Shown here piece by piece: positions 27,549 through 37,359 of a stretch of DNA of 64,000 nucleotides. The notes below the pieces were generated by a model. It made no database searches. It saw nothing but the letters and a program-made list of their open reading frames with translations, and was not told the DNA's origin. A program made the position numbers and the translations under genes. The stretch's first letter is position 1. The number at the start of each line of letters is the position of its first letter. This DNA comes from Candidatus Fermentibacterota bacterium (GTDB lineage: Bacteria; Fermentibacterota; Fermentibacteria; Fermentibacterales; JCC-6). The DNA lies in the NCBI GenBank assembly GCA_014728175.1, contig WJMA01000063.1, positions 34,413 to 98,412 on the forward strand. The letters run 5' to 3'.

Positions 27549-28819
27549 GCCCGGAGGATAGAATCGAGGCTGCTTACCGGATGGCCGCGGAGACCTACTC
27601 CCGGCTGGGAGTGGACACCAACCGGGCCCTGGAGAGGCTCGCCGGTATCGCGATCTCGCTGAATTGCTGGCAGGGCGACGACGTGCGCGGTTTCGAGGCC
27701 GGGGAAGACGCCCTAGCCGGAAGCGGCCTGGAGTGCACCGGCGACTACCCCGGCCGGGCGAGGAACGCCATTGAGCTTCGCAGCGATCTGAGGAAGGCCC
27801 TATCCCTGGTACCCGGGGGGCACAGGGTGAACCTGCACGCCATGTACGCCGAGACCGCAGGCGGGAGGGAGGAGAGGAACCGGCTCCGGCCCGAGCACTT
27901 TTCCGGGTGGATGGACTGGGCCGCCGAACACGGTTTGGCCCTGGACTTCAACCCCACTTTCTTCGCCCACCCCATGTCTGTCTCCGGGTTCACCCTCAGC
28001 AGTATCGATCCGGAGATCCGCGGATACTGGATCGAGCACGGTAGGGCCTGCAGGAAGATAGCCGCCGAGATGGGGCGCAGGCAGGGCCGCCCCTGCGTAA
28101 ACAACCTGTGGATACCCGACGGATTCAAGGACACCCCGGTGGACAGGGCGGGGGCCAGGAGAAGGCTTCGGGATTCCCTGGACCGGATCTACGACCAGGA
28201 CATCGATCACAGCCTGCTGCTGGACTCGCTGGAGTCCAAGCTTTTCGGGATCGGTTCCGAGTCATGCGTGGTGGGATCCCACGAGTTCTACCTGGGCTAC
28301 GCCATGGCCCGGGGCAAGATGATCTGCCTGGACACCGGACACTTCCACCCCACCGAGAGGGTGTCGGACAAGATCAGCTCCGTCCTGGAGTTCGCGGACG
28401 GCCTCCTGCTGCATCTCAGCCGTCCGGTCCGATGGGACAGCGACCACGTTCCCGTTCTGGACGACGAGTTGACGGCCTGCGCCCGGGAGGTGGTTCGGTG
28501 CGACCGTTCGGGCGACCGGGTAAGCCTGGCCATGGACTTCTTCGACGCCACCATAAACCGCGTTGCCGCCTGGGTGATTGGAAGCCGAAGCGTGCTCAGA
28601 GCCTTCCTCCTGGCCCTGCTGGAGCCCACGGAGCAGTTGGTGAAGCTGGAGAAGGAGGCCGATTACACGGGCAGGTTGGCTCTTGCCGAGGAGCTGAAGA
28701 ACATGCCCTTCGGAGCGGTGTGGGACCACTACTGCCTCCGCAGCGGCGTGCCGACGGGTATGGGCTGGATGGAGGAGGTACGAAGGTACGAGAGGGAGGT
28801 TCTCCGGAACAGGACCTGA
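27545..28819 (+). CDS. rhaA: L-rhamnose isomerase
   Basis: Long colinear matches to E. coli RhaA: [29 protein letters not shown] and [14 protein letters not shown]. The TTG start overlaps the rhaB stop. Confidence 0.9.
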   Translation: MSPEDRIEAAYRMAAETYSRLGVDTNRALERLAGIAISLNCWQGDDVRGFEAGEDALAGSGLECTGDYPGRARNAIELRSDLRKALSLVPGGHRVNLHAMYAETAGGREERNRLRPEHFSGWMDWAAEHGLALDFNPTFFAHPMSVSGFTLSSIDPEIRGYWIEHGRACRKIAAEMGRRQGRPCVNNLWIPDGFKDTPVDRAGARRRLRDSLDRIYDQDIDHSLLLDSLESKLFGIGSESCVVGSHEFYLGYAMARGKMICLDTGHFHPTERVSDKISSVLEFADGLLLHLSRPVRWDSDHVPVLDDELTACAREVVRCDRSGDRVSLAMDFFDATINRVAAWVIGSRSVLRAFLLALLEPTEQLVKLEKEADYTGRLALAEELKNMPFGAVWDHYCLRSGVPTGMGWMEEVRRYEREVLRNRT

Positions 28820-28835
28820 CCGGGGGGCGGAAAGG

Positions 28836-29654
28836 ATGGAAAGGGCGATGAGCCGGGAAGATCTGGGAGAGGACGTTCTGAGGGAGCTGGACAAGGTGTC
28901 CGAGGTCGCCGCCCACCTGTGGGAGCGGGGCTGGGCCGAGCGGAACGGGGGGAACATCTCCGTCGACCTCACGGCCATTGCGGACAGGCTGCCCACTACC
29001 CCCGACGCGGTAACCGTAACCATGAAAGACCTTCCCCGGGAGGCCGGCGGCCGGACGCTGTTCGTAACCGGAGCCGGGGAGAGGCTGCGGGATCTCCGCC
29101 CCCCCATGAGAGCGGGGGGGATCGTCCGGTTCGACGATGCGGCCAACGGCTATCGGGTACTCTGGAGCGCCGGCGGGCCTTCCGGTTTTCGAGCCACCAG
29201 CGAGCTGCCCTCCCACCTGCGTATCCACCTGGACCTCTCTTCCCGGAACGGCGAGCACAGGGCGGTGGTCCACTGTCACCCCACCGATCTTTTGGCCCTC
29301 AGCCACCATCCCCGGTTCGGTATCGACGAGGAGCTGTTGACCCGGACCCTTTGGGCCATGCTTCCCGAAGTGAGAGTGTTCGTTCCCTCCGGGATCGCCA
29401 TCGCCCCCTACGCCCTTCCGGGTTCGTCGGTCCTGGCCGAGCTCACTGTGGAAGGACTGCGGAAGGCGGACGTGGTCCTGTGGAGCAAGCACGGGGCGGT
29501 GGCGATGGGCGGTGACGTCCGGGAAGCCTTCGATCTGATTGACGTGGCCGAGAAGGGCGCGGCCATCCTCCTGCGCTGCCTGTCGGCCGGATACGATCCG
29601 GTGGGCCTGAGCGACGATCAACTGCGAGAGCTGGAACGGAAATTTGACCTCTGA
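28836..29654 (+). CDS. rhaD: Rhamnulose-1-phosphate aldolase
   Basis: GWAERNGGNISV, TSELPSHL, VVHCHPT and LWSKHG, colinear with E. coli RhaD. Confidence 0.88.
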   Translation: MERAMSREDLGEDVLRELDKVSEVAAHLWERGWAERNGGNISVDLTAIADRLPTTPDAVTVTMKDLPREAGGRTLFVTGAGERLRDLRPPMRAGGIVRFDDAANGYRVLWSAGGPSGFRATSELPSHLRIHLDLSSRNGEHRAVVHCHPTDLLALSHHPRFGIDEELLTRTLWAMLPEVRVFVPSGIAIAPYALPGSSVLAELTVEGLRKADVVLWSKHGAVAMGGDVREAFDLIDVAEKGAAILLRCLSAGYDPVGLSDDQLRELERKFDL

Positions 29655-32022
29655 GGCCCCGATCCCCGAAACCTTCGCCGGAGCCGCCTGGATATGGTAC
29701 GACCGCGACGAGTTCGACCTGGTCAACTCCTGGATGCAGGCCCGGCGCTCGTTCCGGTTGGCGAGGGTTCCCGACGAGGTGCCGCTGGTGGCTACCGCCG
29801 ACTCCCGCTACAGGCTGTGGGTGAACGGGATCCACGCCGGCAGAGGGCCGGCCCGGGGTTTCCAGGGCTCCTGGCCGTACGACACGGTGGACATCGCCCC
29901 CCTCCTGTCGGAGGGAGAAAACGTCTTGGCCGTCCTGGTCCACAACTACGGGGTGGGAACCTTCCAGTACGTTCATGCGGGCTCGGCCGGTCTTCTGGTG
30001 GGTGGTTGCGTGGGGGAGGAGAGTATCTCCACCGGCTCGGAATGGCGGGTTCGACCGGCGCCGGGGTACCTGCGCACCGGCAGGAGGGTCTCTCTGGAGT
30101 TGGGTTTTCAGGAGCATTTCGACGCTCGCAGGGACGATGAATCCTGGATGCTGGCGGGCTACGACGACTCCGAATGGAGGAAACCTTGGTGCCGGGCGGT
30201 GGGATGCATGCCCTGGCCCGCCCTGCAGCCCAGGGGCGTGCCACCTCTGGTCGAGAGCATGTTGCGCCCCGGAAGGGTCGTCTCCCGGGCCGCCGGCGAT
30301 TGTCTCCAAGGCTGGGAGAACCGGAGCGACGTGGTCGGCACCTACCTGGAGGAGAGCAAACGATGGGTGCCGGTCGAAAAGTCCCCGGATCTATCCGAAG
30401 AGGGCTCGGAGGCATTGGTCCCCGCCGGGGCGGACCACTGGTTCACCGCCCTCTGCCTGGATTTCGGCCGGGAGGTTATGGGATCGATAATCCTCCGGTT
30501 GGAGGGGACGGAGGGCGGCGAGGTGATCGATACTCTGGTCTGCGAGGGCATGGATGGTCCCCGGCCTCTAATCGGCCGTACGGACGTCGGAAGCCGCCCC
30601 GCCTTCGGCAACCGTCTGGTCTGCTCCGAGGGGAAGACCGAGCACGAGCAGTTCGAGCACTGGGGATTTCGCTACCTGGTCGTGGTGGCCCGCCGCACCG
30701 GCGCCGAGCTGGGCCTGTCGGCGAGGCTGAGAGCCGCGGCTTACCCGCTGAATGTCCAAGCGTCTCTGAGTACCTCGGATCCGAGGGTGGACCGCATATA
30801 CCGGATGTGCGTGAGAACCCAGTCACTTTGCATGCTGGACGCCCACGTGGACTGCCCTTGGCGAGAGCAGGCCCAGTGGTGGGGCGATGCCAGGGTGCAG
30901 GGCAAGAACGTCTTCTATCTGGGGGCCGACACCCGCCTGTTTCGCAGAGGCCTGATCCAGATAGGGGCCCAGGAGGTTCCGAACGGGTTGACCTACGGGG
31001 TCGCCCCCACCTCCTCCCACCGCTGCATCCTTCCGGATTACTCACTCGTATGGTTGCTCACCCACCGGGACTACTACTGGCAGACGGGCGACCTGGAGCT
31101 GTTCCGTGAGTTCAGGCCCAGGGTCGGAAGGCTTCTGGGCTACTTCGCCGAACTAGCTTCCGAAGAGGGTTTGATATCCTTCGACGACCGCTACTGGCTG
31201 TTCCTGGACTGGTTCCCACTTTTCAGGGAAGGTTATTCCACCCTGTACAACATGATCTATCTGTCGGCGCTGCGGTCGGTATCCGAGCTGCTGGAACTCT
31301 GCGGCGACCGGGGCGAGGCGGACCGTTACCTGAACAGGGCTGCCTCCGTGGAAAGGGCGATTCTCGATCTTCTGTGGGACGGGAATAAGGGTGTCTTTCT
31401 GGGAGGTCTGGACCGCGAGATGCGGCCGGTGCGGCCGGGAGACCCTCACTCGCTGGCCATGGCCGTGCTTCTGGACCTGATGCCCGACCGGAACCGATCC
31501 TTCGCCGACGATCACCTTCTGCCCATGGTCCGCGGCGAACCGGACGAATCGCTTACCCCGTCCCCCTACTTCATGCATTACGTGTTCGAGGCCCTGAAGG
31601 CCACCGGCAACCGGGCAGAGGTGCTGGACTGCATTCTCAGATGGTGGGGAGACATGCTGGACCGGGGGCTCGGCACCACGGAGGAGGTCTGGAACGCCCG
31701 GGCGGGCAAACACAGCCTCTGCCACGCCTGGAGCGCCCACCCCCTGGTCCACCTTTCCGACGTTCTACTGGGAGTCAGACAGACCGCCCCCGGATGGAGC
31801 GAGGTAAGGTTCGCCCCGGGCTCTGCCGGGCCGTCATCTGTAAGCGGAGGAGTGGCCACTCCTCACGGGCCGGTGGAAGTCTCCCGCAGGAGGGAAGGCT
31901 CGCGGGTGAGCGTGGAGCTGAACCTTCCGGAGGGCGTGACCGCCGATGTACGCCTTCCGGGGCAACCCGCCCGACGGGTTCGCGGCGGGAGGTTTGCGGC
32001 GAGCTTCGAGGCGGAGAGTTAG
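29644..32022 (+). CDS. Alpha-L-rhamnosidase (GH78-like)
   Basis: N-terminal AAWIWY motif. DCPWREQAQWWGDA resembles the GH78 DCPxRE..W.GD motif. Six-hairpin-like C-terminal part. Sits in the rhamnose-operon context. TTG start, uncertain. Confidence 0.8.
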   Translation: MTSEAPIPETFAGAAWIWYDRDEFDLVNSWMQARRSFRLARVPDEVPLVATADSRYRLWVNGIHAGRGPARGFQGSWPYDTVDIAPLLSEGENVLAVLVHNYGVGTFQYVHAGSAGLLVGGCVGEESISTGSEWRVRPAPGYLRTGRRVSLELGFQEHFDARRDDESWMLAGYDDSEWRKPWCRAVGCMPWPALQPRGVPPLVESMLRPGRVVSRAAGDCLQGWENRSDVVGTYLEESKRWVPVEKSPDLSEEGSEALVPAGADHWFTALCLDFGREVMGSIILRLEGTEGGEVIDTLVCEGMDGPRPLIGRTDVGSRPAFGNRLVCSEGKTEHEQFEHWGFRYLVVVARRTGAELGLSARLRAAAYPLNVQASLSTSDPRVDRIYRMCVRTQSLCMLDAHVDCPWREQAQWWGDARVQGKNVFYLGADTRLFRRGLIQIGAQEVPNGLTYGVAPTSSHRCILPDYSLVWLLTHRDYYWQTGDLELFREFRPRVGRLLGYFAELASEEGLISFDDRYWLFLDWFPLFREGYSTLYNMIYLSALRSVSELLELCGDRGEADRYLNRAASVERAILDLLWDGNKGVFLGGLDREMRPVRPGDPHSLAMAVLLDLMPDRNRSFADDHLLPMVRGEPDESLTPSPYFMHYVFEALKATGNRAEVLDCILRWWGDMLDRGLGTTEEVWNARAGKHSLCHAWSAHPLVHLSDVLLGVRQTAPGWSEVRFAPGSAGPSSVSGGVATPHGPVEVSRRREGSRVSVELNLPEGVTADVRLPGQPARRVRGGRFAASFEAES

Positions 32023-32196
32023 CGGCGGCGCTTTACCCGTGGTTGTGCCGACCGTAACTCCCGATTAACACTGGGCGGTTAGGAATACGTGGGTAGAGGG
32101 CGGTTCGAAGGCTCCCCGGAGGGGGAGCAGGGAGGGACGAGAAGCGTTATATTTCGGTACAAATGGAAGAAATCTGAGCCAGGAAGGGAGAGACGT

Positions 32197-32802
32197 ATGA
32201 GGTTTGCGTTTCTGGTTGCGATCATGGCTCTGGCCCCGGCAGCGCTGGCCCTGACCGAGACCTGCGGCTGGGAGGGCACGGAGACCGTCCTGGGGCTGTA
32301 CGGCTCTGGTGATCCGCCCATAATAGAGGAGATAGATACCGATCCGGTCCACTCGGGCAGCCAGTCGCTCTACATGGAGGACAACTCCCCCACCGGCACC
32401 CCCCAGGCTTACGTGGCCTGGATAGTAGGTCTGGAGGACGGCGACGAGGTGACGGCGGAGTTCTGGCGATACGATACGACTCCCGGTGGCCCACCGTCCT
32501 GCCGCATCTGGGCCCACTGGAACGACGATCCGAACGACCTCTACGGCTACAACGGGAGCGCCGGGGGAAACTCCGACTACGGCCCGGGAACCGGGTGGGA
32601 TCTTACCTCGCACAGCTGGACTGTGGCCGACGGCCATACCGGCCTGGTCATCGAGGCCCGAACCTATTCCAGCGAGGGCGACATAGTCTGGATAGACGAC
32701 CTCTCGGTTACCGCGCCGGACGGTACAACCATTTGGGTTCCCGACAACTACACCTCCACCGAGGGCACCACCTGGGGAGACATCAAGACCCTGAGCTGGT
32801 AG
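32197..32802 (+). CDS. Secreted protein of about 200 aa, unknown function (beta-rich, lectin/CBM-like by composition)
   Basis: GGAAGGGAG upstream of the ATG. Signal peptide MRFAFLVAIMALAPAALA. C-terminal tail TTWGDIKTLSW. Confidence 0.65.
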   Translation: MRFAFLVAIMALAPAALALTETCGWEGTETVLGLYGSGDPPIIEEIDTDPVHSGSQSLYMEDNSPTGTPQAYVAWIVGLEDGDEVTAEFWRYDTTPGGPPSCRIWAHWNDDPNDLYGYNGSAGGNSDYGPGTGWDLTSHSWTVADGHTGLVIEARTYSSEGDIVWIDDLSVTAPDGTTIWVPDNYTSTEGTTWGDIKTLSW

Positions 32803-32933
32803 AGTTTTCCTTCCCGGTTATTGAGGGGCCGCGCCCCGGCGTCCGTTCTCGCCTTACCGACGGTCGGGATTGTATAGTCTGGGAGCGCCCCCCGACAGAA
32901 GGGGTAACGCATTACCACGCCGGATGGAGGGAT

Positions 32934-34004
32934 ATGGCCATGAAGAGTCTTGCGGACGTCTACCCCAGAAGAAGGGGAGACCCCCCGGGTTTTCTTACCT
33001 ACCTGGGTCGTAAGGAGGCCCAGAAAACCCGGCTTAGGGTAATAGATTACGATGAGAGGGAGGTCAGGGAGTACCGCCCGGAGAGGGTGGACGAGGTCCT
33101 CCGTTTCCGAGAGAGCCCCGGGGTGAGTTGGATCGACGTGACCGGATTGGGCGACACCGGGGCCCTGGAAGAAATAGGAAAAGGCTTTGGCATACACCAA
33201 CTGGTTCTCGAGGATATCCTTAATACCAGCCAGCGCCCCAAGGCCGATCTTCTGGAAGATTACGTCTTCATAGTTCTCAAGATGATACACTACGGCCGGG
33301 AGCAAAGCGAGCTGGACATAGAGCAGGTAAGCCTGATACTCGGCCCGGGCTGGGTGATAAGCTTTCAGGAAAAGGAGGGAGACGTTTTCGATCCTCTGAG
33401 GGAGAGGATCCGGGAAGGAAAGGGTAGCGTACGGGGCAGCGGGCCCGATTACCTGGCCTACGCCATAATCGACGTTCTGGTGGACAACTACTTCCTGGTC
33501 TTGGAGAACCTGGGCGAGCAGATCGAGCGCCTGGAGGACGAGGTGGTCCAAAGGCCCAGGGAATCCCTGATGGCCGGGATCCACCGCTACAAGAGGGAGC
33601 TTCTGTTCCTGCGGAAGTCCACCTGGCCGCTCCGGGAGCAGCTGGGCGGCTTTCTCCGGGACGAGCATCCTCTGGTCACCCGGTCGACCGTGCCCTATCT
33701 GCGCGACCTGTACGAGCACACCATGCAGGTGATAGACACCGTGGAGACCTTCCGGGACATGGTATCGGGGCTGCTGGAGGTCTACCTGTCCAGCATGAGT
33801 AATCGTATGAACGAGATAATGAAGGTCCTGACCGTGATAGCGACCATATTCATACCCCTGACCTTTATCGCCGGGGTGTACGGGATGAACTTCAGGCACA
33901 TGCCCGAGCTGGACGTCCCCTGGGCCTATCCGGCGGTACTCGGATTCTGTCTGATGGTCGCCGGGGTCATGATCGTCTACTTCCGCCGTAAAAAGTGGCT
34001 GTAA
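32934..34004 (+). CDS. corA: Magnesium/cobalt transporter CorA
   Basis: Signature YGMNF followed by the last TM helix. GGAGG upstream. Alternative ATG at 32940. Confidence 0.9.
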   Translation: MAMKSLADVYPRRRGDPPGFLTYLGRKEAQKTRLRVIDYDEREVREYRPERVDEVLRFRESPGVSWIDVTGLGDTGALEEIGKGFGIHQLVLEDILNTSQRPKADLLEDYVFIVLKMIHYGREQSELDIEQVSLILGPGWVISFQEKEGDVFDPLRERIREGKGSVRGSGPDYLAYAIIDVLVDNYFLVLENLGEQIERLEDEVVQRPRESLMAGIHRYKRELLFLRKSTWPLREQLGGFLRDEHPLVTRSTVPYLRDLYEHTMQVIDTVETFRDMVSGLLEVYLSSMSNRMNEIMKVLTVIATIFIPLTFIAGVYGMNFRHMPELDVPWAYPAVLGFCLMVAGVMIVYFRRKKWL

Positions 34005-34046
34005 TCTCGGGTAGTCGATGGCACGGGTAGGGTAGATGCTCCACCG

Positions 34047-35438
34047 ATGAAGGTATCCACTCCGCGCGACGTGGCCGCCGCTATGGTACTGGCGGCTGCG
34101 GCCGCGCTGCTGGTGGGTCTTTCCACCGTTCGCCGGGGGGACTGGTACACCAGGGGCGATCCCTACGGCTCGCTTCTGGTATCCCAGGCCATTCTAGAGC
34201 AGGGCAGTGTCAGCCTCGATCCTTACGGCAGCCCCGGAGAGCTTGCCCGGAAGTACGCTCATGCCGTGTACGTGCAAGACGGTCGGATGTACCATTTCTT
34301 CCCTCTGGGCACTCCCGTCCTGGCCCTGCCCTTCGTGGCCGTGGCCAACGCTCTGTCTCTGGACATGACCGACCCGGCGGACGACAGCGCCTGCCAGGGA
34401 TGGCTGGCCGCGCTCACAGTCGCCCTTTCGGCTATCGGATCGTACCTCCTGTGCCGCATCCGCCTGGGGATGGGACGGTCGCTCCTGCTGGCCTTCCTCT
34501 TCGTCTTCGGAACCTCGCTGATAAGCACCTGCGGCGTCGCCCTGTGGAGCTTCGACTTCGAGGTGCCGCTGGTGCTGGCGGCTCTTCTCCTGTTGTTGAG
34601 GCCATCGGGCCGGCCCCGGGGCAGGTGGGCGCGGGCGTTCGTTCTGGGAACCCTGCTGTTCCTGGCATACATGTGCAGGCCCACGGCGGCCGCGCTGGTG
34701 GTACCCCTGGCGGTCTACCTGCTTCTGACCGATCGCCCCTTGGGCCTGCGGCTGCTGATCGTGCTGGCCTTCTGGGCCTTGGTGATGGGGATCCTGTCGC
34801 TGGGGGAGTACGGTTCCCTCCTGCCTCCCTATTACCGTCCCGGTAGGCTGGGCTCGCCCGACTTTCTCCGCGCCCTGGCCGGAAACCTGGTCAGCCCCTC
34901 CCGCGGGCTCCTCGTCTTCTCCCCGTTCTTCGTTCCCGTGTTGGTCATGGGGATACTACGCTTCGGTAAGGACTCGGCCCGTCTGGCCATGCTATTCTCC
35001 TGGCTGGTCCTGGAAGTGCTTCTGGTATCTACCTTTCCCCATTGGTGGGGAGGGCACTCGTTCGGCCCCCGTCTTCTCACCGACGCCGTGCCGGCCGTAC
35101 TGGCCATCGCCGCCCTGACCGCCCCGGCCGGATCCGAGCATCGCTCGCGTGCCTACTGGATAGCGGTGATTATCCTGGGGCTGGCCTCGGTCGCCATCCA
35201 TTCCGCCCAGGGCCTGTTCAACTCCGCCACCGCCAGGTGGAACCGCCCCCCCGACGTCGATGTCCACCCTCGAACCGTGTTCGACTGGGACTATCCGCAG
35301 TTCTGTATAACTGACGCGGCGTTGCGCCGGCGGATGGCCGACGTCAGGGCCAGAAAACGGGCCACCCGGGAGCTGTTGAATTGGCTGGCGGCTACGTTGG
35401 GAGCCGAAGGGCGGCGGGGTACCGAGACCGAACGCTAG
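34047..35438 (+). CDS. Polytopic integral membrane protein (at least 10 hydrophobic segments), possibly a GT-C-fold glycosyltransferase
   Basis: A long hydrophobic ORF with regularly spaced TM-like segments. The GT-C suggestion is inference only, as I saw no diagnostic motif. Confidence 0.7.
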   Translation: MKVSTPRDVAAAMVLAAAAALLVGLSTVRRGDWYTRGDPYGSLLVSQAILEQGSVSLDPYGSPGELARKYAHAVYVQDGRMYHFFPLGTPVLALPFVAVANALSLDMTDPADDSACQGWLAALTVALSAIGSYLLCRIRLGMGRSLLLAFLFVFGTSLISTCGVALWSFDFEVPLVLAALLLLLRPSGRPRGRWARAFVLGTLLFLAYMCRPTAAALVVPLAVYLLLTDRPLGLRLLIVLAFWALVMGILSLGEYGSLLPPYYRPGRLGSPDFLRALAGNLVSPSRGLLVFSPFFVPVLVMGILRFGKDSARLAMLFSWLVLEVLLVSTFPHWWGGHSFGPRLLTDAVPAVLAIAALTAPAGSEHRSRAYWIAVIILGLASVAIHSAQGLFNSATARWNRPPDVDVHPRTVFDWDYPQFCITDAALRRRMADVRARKRATRELLNWLAATLGAEGRRGTETER

Positions 35439-35478
35439 AGCGATCCCGCCGGGCCGGGGGGCAAAAAGTTGACGATAT

Positions 35479-37359
35479 TTGAGCCGGGCGTTATTCTGCC
35501 GGCTTGGCACCTCACCCGTTGAGCTCTTTCTCCCATGGTTGCGGAGAGGGGACAGGTTGAGCGACCGAAAGAGCGCCGGCTCCCGGCCTAACGGGGAATC
35601 GACCCATCTGCTCCGGCTGCTTCTGGCAAGGTTGGCCAAACACCGTAAAGCCATAGCCATAGGTCTTCTGGCCCTGATCGGGGTGGACGGCCTGCAGCTG
35701 ATAGTCCCCAAGATCATCGAGCGCATAGTCGATGACCTGGCCCGGGGGACCGCCACCGCCGAGAAGCTGTGGATACTGGCCGGGGGAGTGGTGGCGGTGT
35801 ACGTGGGGATGGGCCTGTTCAGGTTCGGCTGGCGCTACTTCATAATAGGTTCCTCGCACCGGATCGCCCGCGACCTCAGACAGGAGCTGTACGACCACCT
35901 GCAGAGCCTGTCCCCCCAGTACTACGACCGGACCAAGGTCGGGGACATCATGGCCCACGCCACCAACGACGTACGGGCGGTGCAGATGGCTACCGGAATG
36001 GCCACCCTTGCTTCCTTCGATTCGCTTCTGCTGATGGCGGCCAGCATATCCATAATGATCTCCATGAATCTCAAGCTTACCCTTCTGTCGCTTATCCCGC
36101 TGCCCATCCTCTCCTTCGCCATGCTCTGGTTCGGGAAGATGGTCCATAGGCGGTTCACCCGGGTACAGGAGGCGTTCTCCCATCTGTCCGAGAAAACCCA
36201 GGAGTCCCTTTCTGGAGTTCGGGTGATAAAGGCCTACGGCGACGAGGATTCGGAGATAGATCTGTTCAGCGAGAAGGCCCGGGACTGTGCCGACCAGAAC
36301 ATCGACCTGGCCAAGGTATGGGGGCTCTTCATGCCCATAATCCACGGCCTGGCCTTCGCCAGCCTGGCCATTCTCCTGGGTGCCGGCGGTCGCATGGTCA
36401 TTCGGGGCACCGTGTCCCTGGGGCAGTTCGTGGCCTTCTCCAACTACCTGATGATGCTTATCTGGCCGATGATGGCCGTGGGCTGGGTGGTAAACATGCT
36501 CCAGCGGGGCACGGCCAGCATGAAAAGACTGCAGAAGATCCTGCGGACCCCTCCCGACGTTGAGAGCGGGGACACGGAGCAGGTCCCCGATACCTCCATC
36601 CGCGTCGACGGGCTCAGTTTCACCTATCCGGGAACCGATACCGTGGTGCTGGAAGACGTCAGCTTCAGCCTGCCCTCCGGCGGCTCGCTGGGAATAGTGG
36701 GCCGTACCGGGGCGGGTAAGACCACCCTGGTCGAGGTGATGATGCGCATGTACGACCCACCTCCGGGAACGGTCTTTCTGGGAGGCGAGGACGTGACCCG
36801 TATGGACCTGGAGGCTCTGAGGGGAGTCTTCGGTTACGTTCCCCAGGAGACCTTCCTGTTCGCCATGTCCGTAGCTGACAACATCAGGTTCGGCAACGAG
36901 AACCTGCCACCGGAGAGAGTGGAGGAGCTGGCCCGGACGGTAGACATTCACGAAGAGGTGATAAAGTTCCCCGACGGATACGACACCTTGGTGGGCGAGC
37001 GGGGGGTGAGCCTCTCCGGAGGGCAGAAGCAGAGGGTTGCCATCGCCAGGGCCCTGGGGGTAGGGCCCGAGATTCTGGTTCTGGACGACGCACTCTCCAA
37101 CGTGGACACCGAGACCGAGGCGGCCATCCTGGAGCGACTGGGAGAGAAGCTAGCCGACCGAACCAACGTGATCATCGCTCACAGAATAAGCACGGTTAAG
37201 GGCTGCGACCTTATCCTGGTCCTGGACGGAGGCCGGCTGGTGGAGAGCGGTACCCACGAAGAGCTCATGGCGCTGGACGGCTTCTACGCCGACCTGTACA
37301 GGATGCAGCAGCTGGAGGAAGAGGCCATGGACGAGAGCGAGGAAGGCGAGGAACCTTGA
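35479..37359 (+). CDS. ABC exporter, fused permease and ATPase (heterodimer partner 1)
   Basis: Six TM helices, then Walker A GRTGAGKTT, signature LSGGQKQR and Walker B ILVLDDALS. TTG start, uncertain. Confidence 0.85.
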   Translation: MSRALFCRLGTSPVELFLPWLRRGDRLSDRKSAGSRPNGESTHLLRLLLARLAKHRKAIAIGLLALIGVDGLQLIVPKIIERIVDDLARGTATAEKLWILAGGVVAVYVGMGLFRFGWRYFIIGSSHRIARDLRQELYDHLQSLSPQYYDRTKVGDIMAHATNDVRAVQMATGMATLASFDSLLLMAASISIMISMNLKLTLLSLIPLPILSFAMLWFGKMVHRRFTRVQEAFSHLSEKTQESLSGVRVIKAYGDEDSEIDLFSEKARDCADQNIDLAKVWGLFMPIIHGLAFASLAILLGAGGRMVIRGTVSLGQFVAFSNYLMMLIWPMMAVGWVVNMLQRGTASMKRLQKILRTPPDVESGDTEQVPDTSIRVDGLSFTYPGTDTVVLEDVSFSLPSGGSLGIVGRTGAGKTTLVEVMMRMYDPPPGTVFLGGEDVTRMDLEALRGVFGYVPQETFLFAMSVADNIRFGNENLPPERVEELARTVDIHEEVIKFPDGYDTLVGERGVSLSGGQKQRVAIARALGVGPEILVLDDALSNVDTETEAAILERLGEKLADRTNVIIAHRISTVKGCDLILVLDGGRLVESGTHEELMALDGFYADLYRMQQLEEEAMDESEEGEEP

